NCBI GenBank assembly: GCA_041940025.1
Contig: JBGTSY010000001.1
Location: forward strand, 19,186 to 83,185
DNA from: Thiotrichaceae bacterium
GTDB lineage: Bacteria; Pseudomonadota; Gammaproteobacteria; UBA5859
Reading direction: 5' to 3'
DNA: 64,000 nt
The notes below the pieces were generated by a model, which ran no database searches, was not told where the DNA came from, and worked only from the letters and a program-made list of their open reading frames with translations. Shown one piece after another: positions 22,083-31,992 of this stretch (its first letter is position 1; every line of letters begins with the position of its first letter). The position numbers and the translations under genes were made by a program.

Positions 22083-22687
22083 TTTTCCTTAATTTTCTAT
22101 CAGTTATGTAAAAAACAGGTGCCCAATACCACAATTTATTCTGGCTAAGCATACCACTTTTAAATGTGCACCAGGTATGTTTGACACTCTCTGTTTAGGT
22201 CTGTTCCAAATTTATCTACGTCAGCCTCTAGTACTTATGGGATTCTGACCAATAGACGTTCCCGATCCTAGCCATCGTAATACTCTCAGCGTTGTTTATC
22301 ACACGCCATAATTAATGCTCTTCGCTAACTTTAATGCTATTTTTGTAACAAATAATTAATGGGTATACTTTAATATCTCGTCTTCAGTAGAAAAAGTAAC
22401 GTCGAAATAATTTTTTTACTCACAAATGCAAATTTAAGTTTGACCACTGAAAATCTTATCATAAGAACGATATGTATGAATTAGAAAAGCAATATTTCCA
22501 ACTAGATCTACTCACGATCTTAGATAAACTTGATTGAGGTATCCTTAATAAGTGGTGTTGCTTCTGTACTGAAAATTCCACACCCGTCATAGATTAGCAA
22601 GTCAAAAAACAATACACTCCGCTGAAACATTTTTTCTCCTAGTAAAATAGGAATCGAGTACCCAATTAACTCTATGGCTTTCGTGAG

Positions 22688-23995
22688 ATGGTTCTAATTG
22701 AAAAATACGCTTCCGGCATGCGTGATCTTGCCGCCATGTTCCTGTCGAAAGGGGGTGCGATAGTCGTAGGACTGACTATGCAGTCATTACTCGCCTGGCA
22801 ACTGGGGCCAGCCACAAGAGGGCAATATGCTTTGTGTTTGGTTCTGATTTCAATTTTTTCCACATTATTACTTTTTGGCACCGACTGGAGTACTCGCCAC
22901 TACCTTGCAAAGTGGCAAGACTCCACTAATCGATTAATTACTTTCGCACTTGCATATTGCTGTGTTGCTTGTCTTGCAGCAATAGTGTTGATCCCATTCG
23001 TCTTCCAATTGGACCTAAAATTCTTTGCTCATTTACCATCTGACGTTGTATTACCTACGGTATTCTGGTGCTGTTCCAATATATTTTTCTTGATAAGTTT
23101 TGCAATTCTCGGGGGATTAAGCCAGTTTAGAGTTTTGGCGATTCTTAGTCTTGTAAAACCCACGCTAACGCTATCTCTAGCCACGCTCATGTTGTTTGGT
23201 ACACAGATCCCAGAACTGATTTCTCCCATCTTCGCAGACACCATTTCTGCTTTAACTGTTTCGTCAATAGTTTTAGTTCTGTTAGTACGTTCCATGGCAT
23301 ATCGATGGATGTTTCCAAATGTGCATCTAATCAAAACTCATCTAGATTATTGTCGAAGGTTTTTTCTCGGCTCCTTTGGCATGATCGTAAACGCTCACAT
23401 TAGCCTGATAGTTATAAGTATTTTTATAACAACAGAACAAATTGGATATTTTTCACTAGCATTTGCTTTCTTATCTCAATTAATTTCGATTACTGACGTT
23501 GTGAACAATGTCTTGCAACCTAGAGTCGCTTCCAGCATGGATGGTAGACCTAGACTCATCGCCTTATCCTCCAGAACAGTCAGTAGTGTGGCGATTGTAC
23601 TGGGTGCTTTAATTATCTGGACAGGCGAAAGCTGGATACCATTGCTCTTTTCAGAAAAATTCAATCCAACCTATTCACTGCTAGTATATTTATTACCTGG
23701 CATATGGTTAAGAATGGTAGGTAAAAGCTTATTTCCATATTTTAATGGAATTAATAAACCTGAAATCGTTTCAACTACCACCCTAATCAATCTAAGTGCG
23801 AATATAATATTCCTATTTATTTTGACACCAATATTCGAGCTTAAAGGTGCTGCTGTAGCCATCACTTTAAGTTATGCAATAAGCACCGGATACATAGTTT
23901 CAATCTACTGTAAACTCAATCCAGTATTGAAATGGTCGCTTGCTTTGATTAAACCGGCAGATATTAAGTCTTTATATGATAGTTTGCTAAAATGA
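22688..23995 (+). CDS. wzx: Polysaccharide biosynthesis flippase (Wzx, MOP superfamily)
   Basis: 435 aa. About 12 predicted TM helices. Low-GC codon usage. First gene of the glycan module. Confidence 0.8.
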   Translation: MVLIEKYASGMRDLAAMFLSKGGAIVVGLTMQSLLAWQLGPATRGQYALCLVLISIFSTLLLFGTDWSTRHYLAKWQDSTNRLITFALAYCCVACLAAIVLIPFVFQLDLKFFAHLPSDVVLPTVFWCCSNIFFLISFAILGGLSQFRVLAILSLVKPTLTLSLATLMLFGTQIPELISPIFADTISALTVSSIVLVLLVRSMAYRWMFPNVHLIKTHLDYCRRFFLGSFGMIVNAHISLIVISIFITTEQIGYFSLAFAFLSQLISITDVVNNVLQPRVASSMDGRPRLIALSSRTVSSVAIVLGALIIWTGESWIPLLFSEKFNPTYSLLVYLLPGIWLRMVGKSLFPYFNGINKPEIVSTTTLINLSANIIFLFILTPIFELKGAAVAITLSYAISTGYIVSIYCKLNPVLKWSLALIKPADIKSLYDSLLK

Positions 23996-24029
23996 CACTT
24001 TTATTTGAGCGTCACGAATACCCAAAAGG

Positions 24030-25076
24030 ATGTACGACAAGGTGACAAAATCAGAATTAAGTATTGCCATTCACAATGGGGAGGGTTGGAATTCAAGATG
24101 GAGGCAATATTGTATCGATCAGAATATCCCGTATAAAGTAGTTTGTTGTTATGATTCTGATATTCTTGATCAGATTCGAGATTGCTCAGGACTGATGTGG
24201 TTCTTTCATCATGCTCGTCCTCAGGACATTCTTATGGCCAGAAACGTTCTCAATGCCGCGGAATTAATGGGATTAAAGGTATTTCCGAATTTCCATACCA
24301 ACTGGCATTTTGACGACAAGCTTTCTCAGAAGTTTCTTTTTGAAGCATTAGATTTACCCGCCGCTCCGGCATGGGCTTTTTTTGATTTTGACAGAGCTAT
24401 GGAATTTGCTGATAGTTGCGAAATTCCTATTGTAGCAAAGCTTCGTCGTGGGGCAGGGTCTTATAATGTTCGCTTGTTAAAGTCTCGTGGGCAAGTGAGA
24501 AAATATATCAAGCGGATGTTTGGTGAGGGATATTCACCATCTCCACTACCTCTGGCTGATGCCAAGACAAAGTTTAAAGTCGCAATGAGGAAAGGCGGCC
24601 TTAAAGGTGTGCTAAATCGTTTGAAAAAGGCCCCGGAATTTTTTCGTGTTGTTACCAGAGGTAGGAAATATTTCGGCAATGAAAAAGGCTATGTCTATTT
24701 TCAGAAATTCATACCTGGAAATACCTGCGATTATAGAATAAAAGTAGTTGGTGACAGAGCATGGGGTTTTCGCAGGATGGTCCGAGAGAATGATTTTCGG
24801 GCGTCGGGTAGTGGCATTCTTGATTTTGACTATCGCAAGATACCTGCAAAAATGATACTAACAGCTTTTGAATCAGCCGATAAACTAAAAATGCAGAGTG
24901 TGGCTTTTGATTTTGTCATGGATAGAGAAGGAAAGCCGTTGATTGTTGAGATAAGTTATGGTTTTGATTTCGATGAAGGTGAATCGGATATCTGGTGGGA
25001 TAGAAGTCTTAAACAACATACAGAAACATTCGATCCAACGCATCTGATTCTCAAAACATTCTTACAGAATTTTTAA
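24030..25076 (+). CDS. ATP-grasp family enzyme (sugar-modifying ligase candidate)
   Basis: 348 aa. ATP-grasp landmarks IVAKLRRGAGSYNV, YVYFQKFIPG, DYRIKVVGDRAWG, ASGSG and LIVEISYGF, arranged like RimK/D-Ala-D-Ala ligase motifs. Confidence 0.7.
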   Translation: MYDKVTKSELSIAIHNGEGWNSRWRQYCIDQNIPYKVVCCYDSDILDQIRDCSGLMWFFHHARPQDILMARNVLNAAELMGLKVFPNFHTNWHFDDKLSQKFLFEALDLPAAPAWAFFDFDRAMEFADSCEIPIVAKLRRGAGSYNVRLLKSRGQVRKYIKRMFGEGYSPSPLPLADAKTKFKVAMRKGGLKGVLNRLKKAPEFFRVVTRGRKYFGNEKGYVYFQKFIPGNTCDYRIKVVGDRAWGFRRMVRENDFRASGSGILDFDYRKIPAKMILTAFESADKLKMQSVAFDFVMDREGKPLIVEISYGFDFDEGESDIWWDRSLKQHTETFDPTHLILKTFLQNF

Positions 25077-25431
25077 TAGTTTTTAGCAAATTCGAAAAAT
25101 TAAAAATAAGGGGTTTTGCATTTTTATAACTTAAACCTAAATTCAATTTCTCGTTGGAATTCGTTATGCAACTTATAAAAAACCTGAAATCTAAATCGTT
25201 TCTTCTCTAAACAGGATCCTTCGTAAACAGGTTCAGTTTTGGGATGGGATAATGAGCAGCTATACAGTGCAGAATCAGAAACTGAATCGTTCCAAGTAAT
25301 CATGGCGAATCCTACTTCTGATAATTTCAATCAAGTAAACCTAATAGCAGTTAACTGAAAATATCTAGTAGGAGTGTGAGTTTTAGAAATACTGTACCAG
25401 TCGATTAATCTAGAGGAAAGGGAATTGAAAA

Positions 25432-25647
25432 GTGAGTGAGAAATTTGATTTTGTAATTGATAATAGCAATAATTTCCAATTTGTTGAGATCAGTTATGGA
25501 TTTATGGGACAACCGATATATGATTGTCCCGGTTATTGGGATCAACAGCAAAACTGGCACCCAGGGCACTATTGGCCAGAACACTTTATAATTGAATCAA
25601 TTTTGAAAGTCGTGAGTAACGGGCGCGCCTCATTGTCCATTGATTGA
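25432..25647 (+). pseudogene. 71-aa ORF that is a diverged copy of the last ~50 residues of the upstream ATP-grasp protein (gene 3' remnant or small expressed peptide)
   Basis: KFDFVIDNSNNFQFVEISYGF...YWDQQQNW...HF aligns with AFDFVMDREGKPLIVEISYGFDFDEGESDIWWDRSLKQHTETFDP of the 24030..25076 protein. Has a GTG start preceded by AAGGGAA. Confidence 0.5.
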
Positions 25648-25783
25648 AATAAGCTATGGTTTTGCAATTGACGAAGGGGGATTCGATATGTATTGGATAC
25701 AAGACTGGAATAGACTTCACTCTTATTTTGATCCAAGAGACTTGAATCTTCAGGCTTTTGTGAAAACCTTAAACTTAAAATAG
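25646..25783 (+). pseudogene. Second degenerate copy of the ATP-grasp C-terminal segment, in a different frame and without an obvious start
   Basis: Manual translation gives IEISYGFAIDEGGFDMYWIQDWNRLHSYFDPRDLNLQAFVKTLNLK*, matching ...VEISYGFDFDEGESDIWWDRSLKQHTETFDPTHLILKTFLQNF. Confidence 0.45.
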
Positions 25784-25834
25784 CTAGTCGAGTTTTATGC
25801 GACTGCCATTACAACTATCTATGACCATCACAGC

Positions 25835-27241
25835 ATGAGTGGAAAATCCAGCATAACCAATTCAAGCCAAAGTGTCTGGTTATATGCTGGAGCATCTTTA
25901 TTGGGAATTACTCTCCTTGTTGCGACAAAGCAATACCTCGTTGCTTCAATACTCATTTACGCGTCAGTTATTTTATTTTCACTTAAGGACCCTGTATTAG
26001 GCGTAGTATTATCTATTGCATTTTTTACTTGTGATCAGCTCTTAATAGGGTTAGGCACAGGATATCTTGCACCAGGAAGATACTTAATATTTATAAATAT
26101 CATTTTTTGTGCAAAAGGCCTTCTCTCGAGCAAGTCCAGCAAATTCACAAGAGTCCACTTTGGCTTATATTTCTCACTGGCGGCACTAGGAGCAATGTCA
26201 CTTATCTGGGCGTCTGATGTAGATCGAGGTATATTATATTTATCTAAGCTTACAGTTCTAATTATATGGGCTCGTTTAGTTGTTCCTTATCTTTCAAACA
26301 GGAGGGCATTGGAAAATCTCTCTGCACTCATGCCGCTCGCCACTTGTGTCGTAGCTTTTAACTTAATCTTTGGCGGCGTTAGCGTAACAACTATGAGCCA
26401 TCATAGATTGATCCTAGAGGGTCTAGGGATAAATGCCGTAGCTATATCTTTTGGCTTCGTAATTATATTTTCAAGTGTTTATCTAAGTGGTAGTGCCCCA
26501 TTATGGAAAAAGTTAGTTATAGCGTTTTGCAATGTGGTTATTTATTATGCAGTGCTGAAAATGGGAACAAGATCCGTTGCTCTTGGGGTTCCACTGTCAT
26601 TATTCATTGGACTGTTATTCTTGGAAAGCAAAAAATTTCTAAAGGGAGCGGGAATCGTACTAATCTCGACAACAGTGTTAGCGATAACTCTTTATATTGC
26701 AATAAATAACAATTTGATAACCGGAAAACTAGCAGAAAGATTTACAGGGCTTACAGAAATAGACACCTACTCCGAAAATAGCCGATTTTCACTAATCTCT
26801 CATTCTCTTTCTTACGTCGCAAGAAACCCACATGGATCAGGCGTCGGGAATGAACATATGGTTTTCAAAAATTATGTTTATAAAGTGGATCTTTTTGAAA
26901 CACACAACACTTTAGTTTCTACAATGGTCCAATTCGGGGTAATTGGTTTCCTTATACAACTCATAGCCTTTGGTTATCTGGGCTACCACGCTATAACAAT
27001 AAAAAACAGCACCTATAAGTATGTCCTTCTCGCATGCCTTATTTATTTTTTTATACAAATAATGAAAGGATCGTCTTTACAAACAAGACTTTTTTGGATT
27101 CCAATGGCCGTGATATGTGGTATGTTGGAATTTCACATAGTAAACGCGATATTAAAACAACGTAGATTATCGCCTTTACTAAAACACTATAAACAAGTAA
27201 CAAAGCCAAAGAAGCTTATATCAACAAATCGTCTATCATAA
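25835..27241 (+). CDS. O-antigen ligase / Wzy-like polysaccharide polymerase family membrane protein
   Basis: 468 aa polytopic membrane protein. Wzy_C-type motif ...ETHNTLVSTMVQFGVIGFL (H-N-x-x-L...G-x-x-G). Confidence 0.7.
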   Translation: MSGKSSITNSSQSVWLYAGASLLGITLLVATKQYLVASILIYASVILFSLKDPVLGVVLSIAFFTCDQLLIGLGTGYLAPGRYLIFINIIFCAKGLLSSKSSKFTRVHFGLYFSLAALGAMSLIWASDVDRGILYLSKLTVLIIWARLVVPYLSNRRALENLSALMPLATCVVAFNLIFGGVSVTTMSHHRLILEGLGINAVAISFGFVIIFSSVYLSGSAPLWKKLVIAFCNVVIYYAVLKMGTRSVALGVPLSLFIGLLFLESKKFLKGAGIVLISTTVLAITLYIAINNNLITGKLAERFTGLTEIDTYSENSRFSLISHSLSYVARNPHGSGVGNEHMVFKNYVYKVDLFETHNTLVSTMVQFGVIGFLIQLIAFGYLGYHAITIKNSTYKYVLLACLIYFFIQIMKGSSLQTRLFWIPMAVICGMLEFHIVNAILKQRRLSPLLKHYKQVTKPKKLISTNRLS

Positions 27242-28116
27242 TGCATCGCCAGAAAATAATAGGATTGGCATTTATATTATTCCACTTCTCTGGTGCATTA
27301 GTCGCTGCAGAAATACCTATTAACCAGCGCGCAGAACACCTAAAAACAAACAAACCACGTGAATGCTATGTATGGTTCGAGACCAATAGTCCTAAATATT
27401 TAAATTTATATATAGATGAATTTTCCAGCTGGAATAAGATAGGGTTTCCCATTATATCCGCTCGAATGAGTAATGCTGAAAGGTTGACTCAAACAATATT
27501 AAATCACACCCCTTCTGTGATAACTGGTTTTAAAACTTCCGACGCATTCCAAAACCGCTCCTTTACGGACGAACGAGCATGGAAAGAGATTGCGAATCTA
27601 GCCCGAAAGCTATCAAAATTAACAGGGAATAATCCTGTTGTGCTGGAAAACGAAGGTGCAGTAAAAAAGCTTCTCGATCAAGGGGTAAAATCCATTAAAT
27701 ATAATAATCTTGTAGATTCTATATCTAAGCAAAACTGGCCAGAGGTTTGGTTTTGGTATGCTCCCCAGGGAACAAAAGAGCCGGTCCGCTCTATCGCATA
27801 TGACATCGCAAGAGCCGTGAAAGTGGGAATCCCAAACTCTCGCCTGATTGAGCCATCCTCCGCTGGCTACTCAAATTCTAGAAAAAAAGCATCATCAATA
27901 GACAACCTTCGCAGGACATATTTAATCGACTCAAATCCTATATCAATAGTCTATCTGGATGATAATCGGAAACATTTCTGGAGAGTAAGTAATGCAGGAA
28001 AAGCAGTTCAAAGCGCTGAAAGCCATACCGTAATAATTTACCCTGGTTTTAACGACCTTAAAAAAGCCCGAAAAGTTTTAGAATCGCCAGTTACAAGCCT
28101 GTGCAATAAGAACTGA
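27241..28116 (+). CDS. Secreted hypothetical protein in the glycan module
   Basis: 291 aa. N-terminal signal peptide (LAFILFHFSGALVAA). No motif I can assign. Low-GC codon usage like its neighbours. Confidence 0.6.
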   Translation: MHRQKIIGLAFILFHFSGALVAAEIPINQRAEHLKTNKPRECYVWFETNSPKYLNLYIDEFSSWNKIGFPIISARMSNAERLTQTILNHTPSVITGFKTSDAFQNRSFTDERAWKEIANLARKLSKLTGNNPVVLENEGAVKKLLDQGVKSIKYNNLVDSISKQNWPEVWFWYAPQGTKEPVRSIAYDIARAVKVGIPNSRLIEPSSAGYSNSRKKASSIDNLRRTYLIDSNPISIVYLDDNRKHFWRVSNAGKAVQSAESHTVIIYPGFNDLKKARKVLESPVTSLCNKN

Positions 28117-28152
28117 TTACATTAAAAGTCCATAAGCAACTGGATTGGTAAT

Positions 28153-28935
28153 TTATGATCGCCCGATAAGATCGTAATTCTTTAAGACGCCTTGGATAGC
28201 ATAATTAGTAAAATAATAGATGGATTTGAATAAAGATAAATGTTCAATTCGTCTATACACAATCCATTGGTACTGCGCAGCCTTAAGTTTATTGCGAGAT
28301 AACGAATTTCTACGTACCCGGTATGTAGCTAGAACATCCTCCAGACCATAAGCATATTCAACATTCTTTAAAAGTGATAACCAGATACAATAGTCTTGGC
28401 GTTTTCTAACGTCTGGCATATATACCTTCCCTCCACTTCTCTCGATATGATACATACCGGTTAAACAGGAAATGACGCAAGTTTTTAACATCCTATTGTA
28501 ACTGGTCTTTTCAGGAACAATGAATTCACCTAGATCCGCTGTTAGGTCTTCAGACAGACGGCGGTAAGAAGAATAGACGATCGCTGCATTATTTTCTGAC
28601 ATAAACTGAATCGACTTTTCAAGAAATGTTGAATCCCACAGGTCATCTGCATCTAAAAACGCTATCACATCCCCCGAAGCCAATTGAATTGATAAATTTC
28701 TAGCAGGCCCTGCTCCCGTGTTTGACTCTAATCGATTGACAATAATTCTCGGATCTTCTTTTGCGTATGACTGACAAATATCATAAGAACGATCAGTGGA
28801 ACAATCATCGGTGATCAGCATTTCCCAGTTTGTATGAGACTGATTTCGAACAGACTGCATCGTATCAGCTATATATTTTTCTGAATTAAAAACCGGAGTA
28901 ATAATCGAAACTTTTAACGTTGGTGTTGTAGACAT
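28153..28935 (-). CDS. Family 2 glycosyltransferase
   Basis: 260 aa. VSIITPVFN...TDDCSTD...LDADD (DxD) GT-A signature. Confidence 0.85.
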   Translation of the reverse strand: MSTTPTLKVSIITPVFNSEKYIADTMQSVRNQSHTNWEMLITDDCSTDRSYDICQSYAKEDPRIIVNRLESNTGAGPARNLSIQLASGDVIAFLDADDLWDSTFLEKSIQFMSENNAAIVYSSYRRLSEDLTADLGEFIVPEKTSYNRMLKTCVISCLTGMYHIERSGGKVYMPDVRKRQDYCIWLSLLKNVEYAYGLEDVLATYRVRRNSLSRNKLKAAQYQWIVYRRIEHLSLFKSIYYFTNYAIQGVLKNYDLIGRS

Positions 28936-28956
28936 TTAAAAAACCAACTACCTAAC

Positions 28957-30123
28957 CTAGTAACTCTTAATAACCAGATCTACAAACAAGTCAGTCGTTA
29001 AACCTTTTGCTCGTTGGAAACCATTCTTTATTATGTTTTTTCGTAATTCAGAGTCGTCAATCAATTTTAATATAGCCTCTGACATTGCTTCTGGATCTTT
29101 TGCCGGGACTAATAGTCCGTCATAGTAATTGGTTACGCTGGAGGGTATTCCACCAACATTAGTTGAAACCAACGGAAGACTATTTGCCCGCGCTTCAACT
29201 AAAACTCTGGGTGTTCCTTCAGAAAGAGTGGGCAACACAAAAATATCCGCATTCCTCATTAAATCCGGAGTATCCTGATATCTGACATGGCCAAGCCATG
29301 CAACCTTATCCTCTACTTCAAGTTTTTCAGTTAGACTGTCCAGCTTTTGTTGATATGCAGCGTACCTATCACGGCTCCCTGCCACTATAAGCTTGACCCT
29401 TTTTTTCTTCTTGCTCACTCTAGAAACAGCATCTATGAGGTATTCAATGCCTTTTTCCGGGCGCACAAAGCAAAGGGTTAAAATTCTGATCGTTTCATCT
29501 TGACATGTATCATCTCGCTCATATAAATCCTCAGCTGACAAAGTGGTAGAAACCGTAGTTATTGTTTTTGGTGACGAATATCGATTTGCGAGCTCCTGCC
29601 CATTGCAGATAAAGGATCCCGCAGCACGTTTACGGCCTCTAATCAGTTGTCGTTCCCAACCCCAAATATACAGCCTACCTAAATTATCCATTAAAAAATT
29701 GGATCGCTTATGTGACTTCAACAACTCCATAGAATTACCAACTAGCCAATGGCAAACAGGCTTTTGGTACTGTGTACATAATTTATACAGAGTGGATGTC
29801 TCTGCAACTGGATTACCGCGCACAAAGACAAAATCGGATTCTTGAACTACATTCTTGTAACTAGTTTTTATACCTCGAATATGTTTCACACTACCCATAG
29901 TAGTTAACCAATTGGGCTGAGGATATAAAGTTAAATTGTCAGGCAGTTTATAATCCTCCTGAGAAGAGGCCTCCGGGGCCAATGGAGAACTGAGGCAAAT
30001 ATGACTAAATCGTTCCGCAAAAGCTTCAACAATTTTCCCGAATGAAAAATGCGCGTAGAGTTTTCCTTCTCTATAACTGACCCGTCCACCAATAATGCCA
30101 AGCTTAGAGTTAATACGCATCAT
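28957..30123 (-). CDS. Family 1 (GT4-like) glycosyltransferase
   Basis: 388 aa. C-terminal GT-B motif FVLPTLSEGTPRVLVEARANSLPLVSTNVGGIP. Confidence 0.85.
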   Translation of the reverse strand: MMRINSKLGIIGGRVSYREGKLYAHFSFGKIVEAFAERFSHICLSSPLAPEASSQEDYKLPDNLTLYPQPNWLTTMGSVKHIRGIKTSYKNVVQESDFVFVRGNPVAETSTLYKLCTQYQKPVCHWLVGNSMELLKSHKRSNFLMDNLGRLYIWGWERQLIRGRKRAAGSFICNGQELANRYSSPKTITTVSTTLSAEDLYERDDTCQDETIRILTLCFVRPEKGIEYLIDAVSRVSKKKKRVKLIVAGSRDRYAAYQQKLDSLTEKLEVEDKVAWLGHVRYQDTPDLMRNADIFVLPTLSEGTPRVLVEARANSLPLVSTNVGGIPSSVTNYYDGLLVPAKDPEAMSEAILKLIDDSELRKNIIKNGFQRAKGLTTDLFVDLVIKSY

Positions 30124-30208
30124 TCAGCCACCTAATAGTAATCCGCGCGAAACATTGATGGTGTTTATCTTGTTTACAATAATGGACGTTATCTAACATC
30201 CTGAAAGC

Positions 30209-31111
30209 TTAGGATGCATCGAGCGCTATATCCACGCCGCTCCGATCTAGCACTATCTTCCTAACTTTTTCCGCCTGCTCGGTTTCAGGTACGTGTGCCG
30301 GAAATACGCCCGTCCTGGCTTTATCCTTTAACACCGCCAGAATGGTGCGCGCGCCAATGGATTTATGTTCCGCAGCATAGCCATATACCAAAGACAAATC
30401 ACACAGGGTATTGATCAAACGAGGAATACCACCGCTATGATAAAAAATGGTGGCAACAGAAAATGTGTCAAACAACGGTGCCTCTCGCCCTGACACGAGC
30501 AACCGATGCTTAATGTAATTGACGGTGTCTTGTAAACTTAAGGCTTGTAAATGGTAGTCTACACACACACGTTGCGCCAATTGTCTGAGTTCCGGCTGTT
30601 TCAATTTATCTAACAATTCAGTTTGACCCACTAACACCAACTGCAACAATGAATGTTTCCCATAATTAATATTAGACAACATTCTCAACTCCTCTAAAGA
30701 GTTGACGTTCAGATTCTGTGCCTCGTCTACGATGAGTGCCGTGCGGTAACCAGAAGCATATTGCTGCATCAGGAAGTTTTGAAAACGCTCATACAACTCG
30801 GGCTTGTCCGCACCTTGATGAGGTTGTTCAAAGGCCATCAATACCCACTTCATAAATTCACCGAACTCACTGTGGGTATTCGACACCAATCCGGCACGAA
30901 CCGTTTTATCCAGGGTATCTAAAACATGTCGTACTAAAGTCGTCTTGCCACACCCCACTTCACCAGTAATCACAGAAATGCCCGCCTCACTCTCCAAGCT
31001 ATATTCCAGAAGATTGAGCGCTATCTGATGGCTTTGACCGAAATAGAGAAATTCCGGATCCGGATTCAGATTAAAAGGTTTGCTGGCTAAACCGTAATAC
31101 TCTAGATACAT
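30209..31111 (-). CDS. ExeA-like AAA ATPase (putative secretion ATPase of PEP-CTERM/EPS loci)
   Basis: 300 aa. Walker A GEVGCGKTT and Walker B LIVDEAQNL. Located between the GTs and the BY-kinase as in described PEP-CTERM eps loci. Confidence 0.75.
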   Translation of the reverse strand: MYLEYYGLASKPFNLNPDPEFLYFGQSHQIALNLLEYSLESEAGISVITGEVGCGKTTLVRHVLDTLDKTVRAGLVSNTHSEFGEFMKWVLMAFEQPHQGADKPELYERFQNFLMQQYASGYRTALIVDEAQNLNVNSLEELRMLSNINYGKHSLLQLVLVGQTELLDKLKQPELRQLAQRVCVDYHLQALSLQDTVNYIKHRLLVSGREAPLFDTFSVATIFYHSGGIPRLINTLCDLSLVYGYAAEHKSIGARTILAVLKDKARTGVFPAHVPETEQAEKVRKIVLDRSGVDIALDAS

Positions 31112-31153
31112 TGTCTGATCCTATTGTTACATTTTTTTTATATTTATTAATAT

Positions 31154-31990
31154 TTAGTATGGATCAGGCTGTGGATCCATGGATCGATTCAGCACTGTAC
31201 CCAATAACTCCGCATCCTTTGTTAATTCCAGGCAATGGGCAACGTCCGATTCGCTCACCCCCCCCTCATCTACCACCAACAGAAAAGCATCTACCTTGGG
31301 CAACAAATTTAGCGTGTCATCAACACTTAACAAGGGTGGTGCGTCGATAATAATGAGCCTGTCCCCATACCTATTAACCGCTTCCTGAAGCCATTTTTCC
31401 ATTTCAGGACTGGCCATCCATTCTGCCGAATCGGGAATTGACTGGCCACCAGGTAACACCACTAAACGGTCTATCCCGGGATGAAACAGTATCTCTTCGA
31501 CAGTTATATTCCCTCGTACTAAATCTGCCAAGCCCATACCCAATGGATAATTAAAAAATTGATGAATGGAGGGACGACGCATATCGGCGTCCACTAACAT
31601 GACCGTGTGGTTTCTATCTCGGGCCATCGCAGCAGCTAGATTTGCCGCCACAAAAGATTTACCCGCGTTGTCTCGTGCACTCGTCACCACTAGTGTTTGC
31701 CACCCCTCAACTTGCATTTTTTGCATGATTCGAGTACGCAATATATTAAAGGCTGCGGCGCCCTCGGTCTCTTCCGATCCAACAACAATACGACTATCCA
31801 ATAGTTGTTGTGGAGTCAATGGCCATGACTGGGTGCGCCAATATTTGATTTCACTGGTGGAAAGTGGGGTCGGCGTATCAACAGCTTTCAAGCTAGGCGG
31901 CTGTGTGACCTCTCTACTCTGACCAAAGTTTAACTTTGTCTGACCTTCTTCTCTGGCTCGCTGCAACGCCTGTTCAATTGGATGCGCCAT
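31154..31990 (-). CDS. Exopolysaccharide tyrosine autokinase (BY-kinase catalytic protein, Wzc C-terminal-like)
   Basis: Walker A' SARDNAGKS, Walker B LIIIDAPP and DxD. Preferred ATG at 31988-31990 abuts the stop of the upstream chain-length determinant. The track ORF extends to 32026. Confidence 0.8.
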   Translation of the reverse strand: MAHPIEQALQRAREEGQTKLNFGQSREVTQPPSLKAVDTPTPLSTSEIKYWRTQSWPLTPQQLLDSRIVVGSEETEGAAAFNILRTRIMQKMQVEGWQTLVVTSARDNAGKSFVAANLAAAMARDRNHTVMLVDADMRRPSIHQFFNYPLGMGLADLVRGNITVEEILFHPGIDRLVVLPGGQSIPDSAEWMASPEMEKWLQEAVNRYGDRLIIIDAPPLLSVDDTLNLLPKVDAFLLVVDEGGVSESDVAHCLELTKDAELLGTVLNRSMDPQPDPY

Positions 31991-31992
31991 CG

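Noticed and set aside
25124-25330. Minus-strand 68-aa ORF between the ATP-grasp gene and its C-terminal cassette copies
   Set aside because: No SD and no motifs. The region is better explained as decayed intergenic remnant DNA.
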